Below, in pieces: positions 10,073 through 19,773 of a DNA stretch of 64,000 nt. The notes beneath the pieces were generated by a model. The model made no database searches. It worked only from the letters and a program-made list of their open reading frames with translations, and was not told the DNA's origin. Position numbers and translations under genes: made by a program. The DNA comes from an uncultured Clostridium sp. GTDB taxonomy: Bacteria; Bacillota; Clostridia; Christensenellales; CAG-138. Position 1 is the first letter of the stretch, and each line of letters opens with the position of its first letter. The stretch spans positions 4,806-68,805 of the forward strand of contig CAZTFU010000009.1 of assembly GCA_964612925.1 (NCBI GenBank). The letters are read 5' to 3'.

Positions 10073-12091
10073 TTACCGTTTTGGCTTGTGTTCCTTTCTT
10101 TGCGGCAGCAATCTTATCGCATTGAGTATGCATATCAGCGCAGTACCGACATCCGCAAATACGGCCATCCACATCTGTGCGTAACCCATAATGCCGAGCA
10201 CCATGACTATAAGTTTTATGCCAAGCGCGAGCACAACGTTTTCCCTTGCGATAAACATTGTGCGCATAGATATTTCTATCGCCTTGGGCAAGGCCGTAAG
10301 CTCATCGCCCATTATGACCATATCCGCGGCCTCCACCGCGGCATCCGTTCCGCCCGCACCCATGGCACAGCCTACGTCTGCACCCGAAAGTACCACGGAA
10401 TCGTTTATTCCGTCACCGACAAACACCACGGGGCCGTGCTTTTCGCGCATGGCTTTAAGCACATCAAGCTTTTCGTTCGGCATGAGTGCGGCATGTACGC
10501 TTTCAATGCCAACCTCATCGGCAACGTTCATTGCGCTTTGTGTATTGTCACCCGTAAGCAATGCAACATTCATGCCCTGCTTTTTAAGCATCTCTATCGT
10601 CTCGCGGCTTTGCGGCTTTACGGAATCGTCTATAACTATGCGACCCGCATAACTTCCATCTATAGCTATATGCACGGTCGTTCCGCGCTCCGTGTGTTCG
10701 CCGCACTCAACGCCTTCGCTCCGCATAAGCTTCATATTGCCCGCAAGCACCGTTTGACCGTTTACCTTGCCCTTTACGCCAAAGCCCGCAAGTTCCTGCA
10801 TTTCTTCCGCGCCGTATTTTCCCTTTGCAACGGAAGTTATCGCATGGGCTATCGGATGGGTGCTTTTTGCCTCAAGTGCGGCGGCTATTTCTATAAGGTC
10901 ATCCCCTTCAAGCTCGCCCTCACATTCCGTAGCCGTTACCGTAAAGCAGCCCTTCGTTATCGTGCCAGTTTTATCCAGTGCAACTGCCTTTACGCGGCAA
11001 AGCGTTTCCATTATATTGGCGGCCTTCAGCATTATACCGTTTGAGGATTGCCTTGCAAGACCCGCAAAAAACGTAAGCGGCACGCTGAGCACAAGTGCGC
11101 ACGGGCAGGATATTACAAGCAACAGCAGGCCGCGGTGTATCCATTCGCGCCATTCGCCAAGCCCTACGATGGGCGGAATTACGGCAACGAGCAATGTCAA
11201 CACCATTACGGCGGGTGTATACACGCGGGCAAAGCGCGTAATGAACCTTTCCATGCGCGGCTTTGATTCCGCCGCTTCTTCAACGGCACGAATCATGCGG
11301 CTTGCGGTTGATTCGCCCGCTTCACGCACTGCAACTGCCACTATACGGCCGGATTTGTTTATTCCGCCGGAAACAAGCTCACTGCCAACGCTCACATGCA
11401 CCGGCACGGATTCGCCGCTTATCGCCGAAAGGTCAACAAAGCTTTCACCTTCTATAACCGTGCCGTCAAGCGGTATCCTTTCGCCGGGAAGAATCTCGTA
11501 TTTATCGCCTGCCTTGGCCTCCTCTGCGCGAAGCACCGTATATTCGCCGTTACGCTCAAGCCTTACGGTATCGGGCCTTAGGTCAAGCACCTGCTTGATA
11601 GACCTTTGCGACCGTCCTACCGCTATGCCCTGAAGCAGTTCTCCAACCCTGTAAAGCAACATTACCATAACGCCCTCGCCGTATTCGCCAAGGGCAATGG
11701 CTCCTATTGTGGCTACACTCATAAGAACGTTTTCGTCCGCTATGCGCCCGTGCAATAATCCGCGGAATGCGTTAATGAGTATTTCGGCACCTACCGTTAT
11801 ATACGATGCAAGCAATACTATCGTTTTTATTACCCCATCCGCCATGCAAAGCCCCGCTATCATAAGTGCGGCACTTATTGCTATAAGTATTATTTCCTTC
11901 TTTATGTCATCGGTATCGTGTGCATGGTCATGGCCGCAACCGCAACCATGATCGCAACAGCTACAGCCGTGCCCGTGTTCATGGTTATGCTCATGTTTGT
12001 GTTCATGTTCGCAACAGCAGTCATGCTCATGCTCGTGTTTATGCTCATGTTCATGGCAGCAGTCATGCTTGTGTTCGTGTCCCTTGCTCAT
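10073..12091 (-). CDS. cadA: Heavy-metal (Zn/Cd/Pb-type) P1B ATPase with His/Cys-rich N-terminus
   Basis: SGES, CPC, DKTGT, HP, GDGIND motifs. Confidence 0.92.
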   Translation of the reverse strand: MSKGHEHKHDCCHEHEHKHEHEHDCCCEHEHKHEHNHEHGHGCSCCDHGCGCGHDHAHDTDDIKKEIILIAISAALMIAGLCMADGVIKTIVLLASYITVGAEILINAFRGLLHGRIADENVLMSVATIGAIALGEYGEGVMVMLLYRVGELLQGIAVGRSQRSIKQVLDLRPDTVRLERNGEYTVLRAEEAKAGDKYEILPGERIPLDGTVIEGESFVDLSAISGESVPVHVSVGSELVSGGINKSGRIVAVAVREAGESTASRMIRAVEEAAESKPRMERFITRFARVYTPAVMVLTLLVAVIPPIVGLGEWREWIHRGLLLLVISCPCALVLSVPLTFFAGLARQSSNGIMLKAANIMETLCRVKAVALDKTGTITKGCFTVTATECEGELEGDDLIEIAAALEAKSTHPIAHAITSVAKGKYGAEEMQELAGFGVKGKVNGQTVLAGNMKLMRSEGVECGEHTERGTTVHIAIDGSYAGRIVIDDSVKPQSRETIEMLKKQGMNVALLTGDNTQSAMNVADEVGIESVHAALMPNEKLDVLKAMREKHGPVVFVGDGINDSVVLSGADVGCAMGAGGTDAAVEAADMVIMGDELTALPKAIEISMRTMFIARENVVLALGIKLIVMVLGIMGYAQMWMAVFADVGTALICILNAIRLLPQRKEHKPKR

Positions 12092-12465
12092 TATTCCGTC
12101 CTCCTTCCCATTATGTCCTTTACAATAGAGCGAGCCAATGACCCCGCCTGTGTATCGGTTATATAGTATATTACACGCTTACCGCTTTTCTTGTACTTTA
12201 CAACTCCGCTTTGCCTAAGCAGACGCAAATGGTGTGATATTGCGGGTTGGCTCATTTTAAGCATATCCGCAAGCTCGCATACGCACATTTCCTCTATCGC
12301 AAGGATGCAAAGCAGTCGTATCCTTGTCGGGCTTGAAAGCTGTGTAAACAGTTCCGATGCATCAAGCGCCACATCCTCATCGGGTATCATGCCGAGTATT
12401 TCAGCCTCATGCACAGGGTCGGTATGTTCCGTTGTGCAAACAAGATTCATGGTCTTGCTGTCCAT
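12091..12465 (-). CDS. ArsR/SmtB (CadC-like) metal-sensing repressor
   Basis: 'PTRIRLL...EMCVCELADMLKMSQPAISHHLRLLR' HTH; 1-nt overlap with cadA. Confidence 0.9.
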   Translation of the reverse strand: MDSKTMNLVCTTEHTDPVHEAEILGMIPDEDVALDASELFTQLSSPTRIRLLCILAIEEMCVCELADMLKMSQPAISHHLRLLRQSGVVKYKKSGKRVIYYITDTQAGSLARSIVKDIMGRRTE

Positions 12466-12512
12466 GGTTTTCTCCTTTCTTATGCGACATTTTATATCCC
12501 ACTAAATTAGTA

Positions 12513-12585
12513 TTATATAAAAGTATGTTTATATGATAATACTTAAAACCCATATTGTCAACATATAAATATGTGTTTATATGTT
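12513..12585 (-). promoter_or_regulatory. sigmaA promoter of arsR-cadA flanked by two ArsR/SmtB-type inverted repeats
   Basis: Minus strand TTGACA(12561-12556)-17 nt-TATCAT; IRs aacatataaa-N6-tttatatgtt (12560-12585) and atataaa-N6-tttatat (within 12513-12536). Confidence 0.7.
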
Positions 12586-12704
12586 TGTGCGTCGTAGATC
12601 CTGCGGAGCGGACAACAAATCGATACGATTCTTGATTAAAGTCTGAATTTCATAAAAAAAAGCAGGACTGTCTAAGCCCTGCTTCTATGCTTTTTATTTG
12701 GTTT

Positions 12705-13718
12705 TCAGCCGATATATTCCTCTATAAGCTTCAGCGTATTCATAACGCCGTTCATATGCGATCGTTCGTAATTGTGGGATGCATATACGCCCGGGCCGAT
12801 TATCGCGTGAGCGACGTCCATTCCGCTACGAAGTGCAACATCCGCATCCGACGAATACTGCGGATAAACGTCAACGGCATAATCCAAGCCGTGTGCTTTT
12901 GCGGTATTTATAAGGCGCGTGGTGAGCTCATAATCCGTGGGACCCACAATGTCCTTGGCGCATATACTTACTTGAGTTTCCTTGCATTCAAGTCCCTTGC
13001 CGACACAGCCCATATCAACGGCAATCACTTCGTCAAGATCCTCGGGCATACCGCTTGCGCCGCCGTGGCCCACCTCTTCATATACGGTAAAGTATAAATA
13101 TACTTTGCAACCCGGCTGTCTGTTTTCGTCCTTCAGGCGTTTTGCATATTCAAGTAGCATTGCCGCACAAAGCTTATCATCAAGGAAACGGCTCTTTATA
13201 AAACCGGATTCGGTTATTGTGGTGCGCGGGTCAAAGCAAACATAGTCGCCTACGCTTATGCCAAGCTTTTTAACGTCGTCCTTGCTTTCAACAAGTTCGT
13301 CTATAAGCACCTCCATTGTGTCATATGTGCGCTTGATATCGCTAAGTTCTCGGTTTACGTGAACGGAGGCGTTGATTATTTGGCACACTCCGCTGTAGCT
13401 GCGGCCATCCCGCGTAACAACTGTACAGTTTTCACCTTCTATGGAATTCGCGTGAAGGCCCCCTATATTGGTTATCTTGAGTGTGCCGCTGCCCTTTATT
13501 TCAGTTACCATGGCACCAAGCGTATCCACATGTGCGCTGAGAAGCACACTCTTCCCTTCACCGCCGAGGCAAACGCCGACACAGCCTTTTTTGGTTATAT
13601 AAGGTTCGTAGCCAAGGCGTGCCAATTCCTCAATAACGTATTCTGCGGCCTTGCGCGTATAACCCGACGGGCTGTTTATAGCCATAAGGTTCATAAGCTG
13701 TTGTTTCATGTATTCCAT
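12705..13718 (-). CDS. M42 family aminopeptidase
   Basis: SAHVDTLG, SRFLDDK, YEEVGHG, AVDMG, ASHNYER. Confidence 0.9.
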   Translation of the reverse strand: MEYMKQQLMNLMAINSPSGYTRKAAEYVIEELARLGYEPYITKKGCVGVCLGGEGKSVLLSAHVDTLGAMVTEIKGSGTLKITNIGGLHANSIEGENCTVVTRDGRSYSGVCQIINASVHVNRELSDIKRTYDTMEVLIDELVESKDDVKKLGISVGDYVCFDPRTTITESGFIKSRFLDDKLCAAMLLEYAKRLKDENRQPGCKVYLYFTVYEEVGHGGASGMPEDLDEVIAVDMGCVGKGLECKETQVSICAKDIVGPTDYELTTRLINTAKAHGLDYAVDVYPQYSSDADVALRSGMDVAHAIIGPGVYASHNYERSHMNGVMNTLKLIEEYIG

Positions 13719-13783
13719 ATATAATTACCTCCGATTTTTGTTTTATTATACCGCTAAGCGGTTTTTTCGGCAACAATGTATAC

Positions 13784-14962
13784 CTATTTGCCCATGTAGT
13801 CGCAATCTATCGTTATTACACAGCGATATGTTTCGTCAATATCGTGTGCGGCGGCGGCAACACGGTGCTTTATTTCTTCCGTTTCTTCAATGCTCATTCC
13901 CGTCGGCACGACTATATCGAATATCAGGTTTGTGGTCTTTTCACCGCTTACCATGCGAAAATCATGGAAGCACAATTCCGCATTTATATTGCTTATGGCG
14001 TCTGCCATGCTTTGGCGCACGGTGTTAAGCTTTTCATTATCCGTTTCTATCGGATCCATATGCAACGTAAGTAACATACCGAGCCTTTCGCCGACCTCTC
14101 TTTCGGCACGGTCTATTATTTCATGCGTTTCAAGCAAGTCACAGTCGGCACGCACCTCCGCATGTGCGCTTGCAATTGTTTTACCCGGCCCGTATGAATG
14201 GATAAGTATATCATGAAGGCCGATTATACCGTCATATTCGAGTAAAAGCCGCCTTAGCTCATCAACCGTTTCCTTGCTTGGTGCTTCCCCGAGGAGCGGA
14301 CTTATCACATCCCTTATTATGCCTATCCCCGAATACAGCACAAATGCCGCCGCGGCAACGGATATGTAACCGTCTATATTTATATCGAATATCAGTCCGA
14401 GTATTGCCGATATAAGTATTGCACCGGTAGCCGCCATGTCGCTCAGGCTGTCGGCGGCGGCCGCGCTCATCGCGGCGGAACCTATCTTTTTGCCTACCCC
14501 CGATGTAAAAAAGCCCATCCAAAGCTTAACGGCCATGGATATAACAAGCACCGTTATCATGCTTATGCTGTAATTGACCGGTTCGGGAGATATTATCTTA
14601 TCAACGGCTTCCTTTGCAAGCGATACGCCTACCATAAGTATAACAAACGCAATCGCAAGCGACACAACGTATTCAAGCCGAGCATGGCCGTAAGGGTGTT
14701 CCCTGTCGGCAGGCTTTGCGGCCGCCTTCGCGCCGAATATCATACCTGCGGATGAACCGACATCGCTAAGGTTATTCGCTGCATCGGCCTGTATCGCTAT
14801 GGAGCCGCTAATAACGCCTATCATGAATTTTATCGCGCACAAAAGGATATTGCAAACTATACATACCCACCCCGCCGCGACCGCACATTTTGATCGCACG
14901 TTGGGGTCATCCGTATTGCTGTAATTCCTAACCAATAGTTTGAGTATTGCTTCGCTCATCAC
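13784..14962 (-). CDS. Cation diffusion facilitator (CDF) transporter
   Basis: 'ADAANNLSD', 'PADREHPYGHAR', 'DSLSD', 'HDILIHSYGPG'. Confidence 0.9.
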   Translation of the reverse strand: MMSEAILKLLVRNYSNTDDPNVRSKCAVAAGWVCIVCNILLCAIKFMIGVISGSIAIQADAANNLSDVGSSAGMIFGAKAAAKPADREHPYGHARLEYVVSLAIAFVILMVGVSLAKEAVDKIISPEPVNYSISMITVLVISMAVKLWMGFFTSGVGKKIGSAAMSAAAADSLSDMAATGAILISAILGLIFDINIDGYISVAAAAFVLYSGIGIIRDVISPLLGEAPSKETVDELRRLLLEYDGIIGLHDILIHSYGPGKTIASAHAEVRADCDLLETHEIIDRAEREVGERLGMLLTLHMDPIETDNEKLNTVRQSMADAISNINAELCFHDFRMVSGEKTTNLIFDIVVPTGMSIEETEEIKHRVAAAAHDIDETYRCVITIDCDYMGK

Positions 14963-15693
14963 ATTTTCTCCGTAACCATGCCGAGTGTTTTTCCTATTGA
15001 ATCATGTATTATAAGATCGGCACGGTAATCATACGGCGTTTCGCTTTTGTTTATCAAAACAAGCTTATTGCCGCTGTAATAATCTATCAAACCGCTTGCG
15101 GGGTACACGTTAAGGCTTGTGCCGCCGACAATAAGCATATCCGCGCGCATTATGTGCTTGATGGCACCGCTTAAAACGTCCGTATCAAGTCCTTCCTCAT
15201 ATAATACAACATCCGGCTTTATTATACCGCCGCATGAACAGCGCGGAACGTTATCCATTTTTTGCAACTGCTCCACACTGTAGCTTTTCCCGCATTTCAT
15301 ACAGTGATTCCTGTATATGCTGCCGTGCAGTTCGAAAACGCTTTCGCTTCCCGCGAGCTGATGCAGTCCATCTATATTCTGCGTGGCGATTGCCGTAAGT
15401 TTACCCGCCTTTTCAAGCTTTGCAAGTGCGTAATGCGCACGGTTGGGTTCTATTCCCGTAACCATCAATGCACTTCTGTAGTATTTGAAGAAAACATCCG
15501 TATGGCGCATAAAGAATGTATGTGAAAGCAACTCTTCGGGCGGATAACCAAAGCGGCGTATAGCATCAAAGTAGCCGTTTTCGCTTCTGAAATCAGGTAT
15601 GCCGCTTTCCGTTGATACTCCCGCGCCGCCAAGGAACGCTATGCGCTTGCTTTGCTCTATCATGCTTTTAAGGGTGCTTAGGCTGTCCGTCAT
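14959..15693 (-). CDS. cobB: Sir2-family NAD-dependent protein deacylase
   Basis: GAGVSTESGIPDFR, TQNIDGLHQ, HGS, CxxC...CxC zinc site, GGTSL. Confidence 0.92.
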   Translation of the reverse strand: MTDSLSTLKSMIEQSKRIAFLGGAGVSTESGIPDFRSENGYFDAIRRFGYPPEELLSHTFFMRHTDVFFKYYRSALMVTGIEPNRAHYALAKLEKAGKLTAIATQNIDGLHQLAGSESVFELHGSIYRNHCMKCGKSYSVEQLQKMDNVPRCSCGGIIKPDVVLYEEGLDTDVLSGAIKHIMRADMLIVGGTSLNVYPASGLIDYYSGNKLVLINKSETPYDYRADLIIHDSIGKTLGMVTEKM

Positions 15694-15848
15694 ATGCTTA
15701 ATCCTCCGCAACGTTATAAGTTGATTATACCATAGATTCATATGAATAACAAAAAATGCAGGAAATCCTTCATAACTATTTACTTAAACTGCAAAATGCA
15801 GTACAATAGAAGTACCAAAAGAATTTTTTCATTCATGGAGGTATTTGC

Positions 15849-17120
15849 ATGAAACCTGTTTGCGATATGAGCCAAAGCGAGCTTAACGAATTCTATGCCG
15901 CTGCCAAAAAGGAGTATGAGGCCTGCAAAGCAAAGGGTCTTTCGCTTAACATGGCGCGCGGCAAGCCGAGCAATGCTCAGCTTGCACTTTCGGCCGAAAT
16001 GCTCACATTGCTCAATAACGACAATTGCACCGTGGACGGCATTGACGCACGCAACTATGGCACGCTTGAGGGTCTGCCGAGCTGCCGCAAAATGTTTGCC
16101 GACATTTTGGATGTTGACGCCGATGAAGTATTCGCCGCCGGCAGTGCAAGTCTTACCCTTATGTATGATACCATTGCCAAGGCATTCACGCACGGTCTTT
16201 TGCACAGTGAAAAGCCTTGGGCCAAGCTGGACAAGGTAAAGTTCCTCTGCCCGGTTCCGGGCTATGACCGTCATTTTACCATATGTGAAAGCTTTGGTAT
16301 TGAAATGATAAACGTACCCATGACCGCCGAAGGTCCCGATATGGATCTGGTTGAAGAACTTATTAAGGACGATGCGGTAAAGGGCATGTGGTGCGTACCC
16401 AAGTACTCCAATCCCGAAGGCATTATATACAGCGATGCCACAATTCGCCGCATAGCTTCAATGAAGCCCGCCGCAAGCGATTTCGTGCTTATGTGGGATA
16501 ACGCATACTGCGTACACGAATTTGAGGGCGAATATGTACCGTTCCCGAATATACTTGCACTGTGCCGTGAGGCGGGTAATGCCGACATGGTATTCGAATT
16601 TGCAAGCACATCCAAAATAACTTTCCCCGGCGCGGGCGTTTCCTGCTTTGCCACCAGCCGCGACAATATGGCATATATGAAAAAGTTGCTTAACGCGCAG
16701 GTGATAAGCTTTGACAAGATGAATCAGCTTCGACATGTTATGTTCCTCAAGGATAAGGCGGGCGTTATCGAGCACATGAAGAAGCACGCCGCCATAATGA
16801 AGCCCAAGTTTGATGCCGTTATAGCTGCCCTTGATACCGTAGCACCTTATGGCATTGCAAGCTACAACAAGCCCAAGGGCGGTTATTTTGTCAGTCTGAA
16901 CGTTATGAATGGCTGCGCAAAGCGCGTGCATCAGCTTATGAAGGAAGCCGGCGTTGTCATGACGGGTCCCGGTGCGACCTTCCCCTACGGTAAGGATCCC
17001 GATGATAAAAACCTTCGCATTGCACCGAGCCTTCCTCCCGTTGAGGATGTTGAAAAGGCCATGGAGGTGCTCTGCTCCTGCATAAAGCTTGCCGCCGCGG
17101 AAAAGCTGCTCGGCCTATAA
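15849..17120 (+). CDS. PLP-dependent aminotransferase class I/II (aspartate aminotransferase-like)
   Basis: LNMARGKP, PGYDRHF, WDNAY, STSKITF, LRIAPS. Confidence 0.9.
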   Translation: MKPVCDMSQSELNEFYAAAKKEYEACKAKGLSLNMARGKPSNAQLALSAEMLTLLNNDNCTVDGIDARNYGTLEGLPSCRKMFADILDVDADEVFAAGSASLTLMYDTIAKAFTHGLLHSEKPWAKLDKVKFLCPVPGYDRHFTICESFGIEMINVPMTAEGPDMDLVEELIKDDAVKGMWCVPKYSNPEGIIYSDATIRRIASMKPAASDFVLMWDNAYCVHEFEGEYVPFPNILALCREAGNADMVFEFASTSKITFPGAGVSCFATSRDNMAYMKKLLNAQVISFDKMNQLRHVMFLKDKAGVIEHMKKHAAIMKPKFDAVIAALDTVAPYGIASYNKPKGGYFVSLNVMNGCAKRVHQLMKEAGVVMTGPGATFPYGKDPDDKNLRIAPSLPPVEDVEKAMEVLCSCIKLAAAEKLLGL

Positions 17121-17160
17121 GTCGTAATCAAAAATATTTATCTGAATTAAGAGTAAATTG

Positions 17161-17189
17161 AAAGAGGATGCGCCGCATCCTCTTTTTTG
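17161..17189. terminator. Bidirectional intrinsic terminator
   Basis: aaagaggatgcg-c-cgcatcctctttttt between convergent genes. Confidence 0.75.
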
Positions 17190-17195
17190 TTTTTG

Positions 17196-17885
17196 TTATT
17201 CATCAGCAAGCAAGGGTGAATGGAGCAATGCCTGCTTTGTGCTTTCAAGGTGGGTGCGCAATATTGCCTTTGCAAGGCTTGCATCCCTTATGCGGCAGGC
17301 ATCTATAAGCGCACGGTGCTCGGATATGTTCTTTACACGCGGCATATCCTTTTCCGTATAGAATGGATGAAGGTACCTGTCAACATTTGCATGGAACTGG
17401 TCTATCAGCTGAATCGCAACCTTGTTTCCGCTTGGTTCATACAGGGCAAAATGCAGTTTAAGGTTTATCGAATCAAGGTTTTCCATGTTCTGTTCCGCGC
17501 TGAATTCTTCAAGATATTCGTCAGCCTTATGAATAGCCTCATCCGTCATCAAGGAAATGGCCGCACCGAGTGTGCCCGTTTCAAGCATTATGCGTGTATC
17601 CATAACGTTTGCAAGTTCGCTTGCGTTAAGCTTTGTTACCACGGCACCGCGATTCTGGTATATTCTAACAAGGCCCTGCGCTTCAAGCTGGCGCAACGCT
17701 TCCCTGACGGGGATATGACTTACGCTTAATGCCTGAGATATTTCGTCCTGTCTAAGCGGCATGCCGCCGGGCAGTACACCGCGAATTATGGCCGTGCGCA
17801 TAACGTGAAACACCCAATCCCTTGCCGCCATTGAGCGCGGCTGCAACTCCTGAGCTATTTTTGCCAGTTCCATAATTGCTTTCAC
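17196..17885 (-). CDS. GntR (FadR/FCD subfamily) transcriptional regulator
   Basis: 'LSVSHIPVREALRQLEAQGLV' HTH; FCD 'NLKLHFALY...EHRALI'. Confidence 0.9.
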   Translation of the reverse strand: MKAIMELAKIAQELQPRSMAARDWVFHVMRTAIIRGVLPGGMPLRQDEISQALSVSHIPVREALRQLEAQGLVRIYQNRGAVVTKLNASELANVMDTRIMLETGTLGAAISLMTDEAIHKADEYLEEFSAEQNMENLDSINLKLHFALYEPSGNKVAIQLIDQFHANVDRYLHPFYTEKDMPRVKNISEHRALIDACRIRDASLAKAILRTHLESTKQALLHSPLLADE

Positions 17886-18132
17886 TCGCTTCCCTGTTTT
17901 TTAATGCCGACAAGTTGTCTTACACCTTGCCGAGTAGACTGATTATTTAAGATACATTCTATATACTTTTTGATATTTCGTCAAGCAGAAAAATGAATAA
18001 TTCGTCTTTTATAAATGCAGATATACATTTTTATGCAAAGCGAAAGACGCAGCCGGGGAGCTGCGCCCTTCTATGGATGGGGGGTATGTCAAAACGGAGT
18101 GCCCGTTATGACCGTGTCTTTTACGAAGAGAA

Positions 18133-19581
18133 TTATTTTTCCCTTTCGCCGAGCGTGACTTCGATATCTATTTTTTCGCTGCCGCGCTGTACGGTTATTG
18201 TTACCTTATCGCCCACGGAATATTCATAAAGCAGAGCGGAAATTTCGCTTGAACTTGTGATCTGCTGTTCATCGAATGCAAGTATGATGTCGTTCACCTG
18301 CAATCCTGCCGCCTCCGCTGCACTGCCCGCCTCTATGGAATATATCTGCGGGTGAGTGGTATAGTTGTTGCCGAAAAAGCCGTAATTGCCCGTCATAAAC
18401 GCAACATTCTGCATGCTTATGCCAAGGTACGGTCTGCCGGTAACAAAGCCGTGATCCATAAGGTCGGTTATCACGCCCTTTGCCGTATCCATGGGGATTG
18501 CAAAGCCGATACCTTCGACATCATCGCCCGATGCTTTGGAATTGACTATGCCTATCAGCTCACCGGCCGCATTGAAAAGGCCTCCGCCGCTGTTGCCGGG
18601 GTTGACGGATGCATTCACCTGCATAAGCGTCATTTGCTGTCCGTCTATGGTCACTTCCCTGTCAAGGCCGCTTATAATGCCCTTTGATACGCTGGTTGCA
18701 AGCACGCCGAGCGGGTTGCCTATCGCATAGATGGTATCGCCCACCATAAGGTTGCCGCTTACGCCTATTGTTGCCGCACTCAGGTTTTCGGCATCTATTT
18801 TTATCACGGCAAGGTCCGTATAGCTGTCCGCGCCCACAAGCTGTGCTTCATATTCGGCACCATCCTGCAAATAGACCTTTATCTTTTCGGCACCCGAAAC
18901 AACGTGGTTGTTAGTGATAATGTACCCGTCCGAGGTTATTATTACGCCGCTGCCGCTACCCACGGTTTGCGATTCGCTTTCGCCCTGCGAATACCAATAG
19001 TAGCCTGAGGTTTGCGCCTCTATATCTATGCTTACTACGCTACTCATGCAGCTTTGTACTATGCTTGTGTTGCCTTCACCTTCGGCTACCTTTTCGCTCA
19101 TTACCATGCCGTTGCTCGGTTTGGTCGAAGGATCACTTGTTATAGCGGGTTCGCTTGCATTTTTGTCATCCGCAGGCAGGTTTGAATTGTCGCCCTGCTG
19201 TATGTCGGGTACGTTGTTTGCTTCCTTCTGCGCATCAACATTATTTGAGCCTATGCTGTGCCCCACCGCAAGACCCACCGCCGTAAACAGCAGTGCCGCA
19301 ACAACTACCGTGGCTATCATTTGCGTCATAGTCACGAATTTCTTCGGCTTGGAGCCGTTGCCGCCGTTATTCCCGCCGTTATTGCCGCCGTAATTTCCGT
19401 TATTGCCGCCGTAATTTCCGTTATTGCCGTCGGCATTGGCATATGGCGTATAATTGGCGGATGAAGCGTTATTATATCCGTAGCCATACTGCTCATAGCC
19501 CGAGTGTGATTGTTGCTGCGGCTGCTGAGGCTGTTGCTGCTGCGGATTTTGCTGCTCATACCATTTCCAGTTGTTTTCCAT
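18133..19581 (-). CDS. htrA: HtrA/DegP-family serine protease with PDZ domain
   Basis: TNNHVV, DLAVIKI, NPGNSGGGL catalytic triad; TM; C-terminal PDZ. Confidence 0.92.
   Translation of the reverse strand: MENNWKWYEQQNPQQQQPQQPQQQSHSGYEQYGYGYNNASSANYTPYANADGNNGNYGGNNGNYGGNNGGNNGGNGSKPKKFVTMTQMIATVVVAALLFTAVGLAVGHSIGSNNVDAQKEANNVPDIQQGDNSNLPADDKNASEPAITSDPSTKPSNGMVMSEKVAEGEGNTSIVQSCMSSVVSIDIEAQTSGYYWYSQGESESQTVGSGSGVIITSDGYIITNNHVVSGAEKIKVYLQDGAEYEAQLVGADSYTDLAVIKIDAENLSAATIGVSGNLMVGDTIYAIGNPLGVLATSVSKGIISGLDREVTIDGQQMTLMQVNASVNPGNSGGGLFNAAGELIGIVNSKASGDDVEGIGFAIPMDTAKGVITDLMDHGFVTGRPYLGISMQNVAFMTGNYGFFGNNYTTHPQIYSIEAGSAAEAAGLQVNDIILAFDEQQITSSSEISALLYEYSVGDKVTITVQRGSEKIDIEVTLGEREK
19355..19429 (-). 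repeat. 21-bp tandem repeat encoding NNGNYGG/NNGG in the HtrA N-terminus
   Basis: ccgttattgccgccgtaattt at 19376 and 19397 plus partial copies. Confidence 0.8.
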
Positions 19582-19773
19582 AATATATCCTCCTTCTGCC
19601 CACGCATTATGTGGGCTTACGGTTTTTTCCTTTCTATGGCCTTATTATAGCTTGCGATTATGTACATTAAACGCGCGACAAGTATCAATATTGTGTTACT
19701 TTTTGTATTAATTGTGGCATATACACAAAAGCCCCATCCGCATTGTGCGGAAGGGGCTTTATGATATTACGGT

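Noticed and set aside
14959-15693. Sir2 as an anti-phage effector
   Set aside because: Ordinary stand-alone CobB-type deacylase with zinc site in a housekeeping context; no defence partners nearby.
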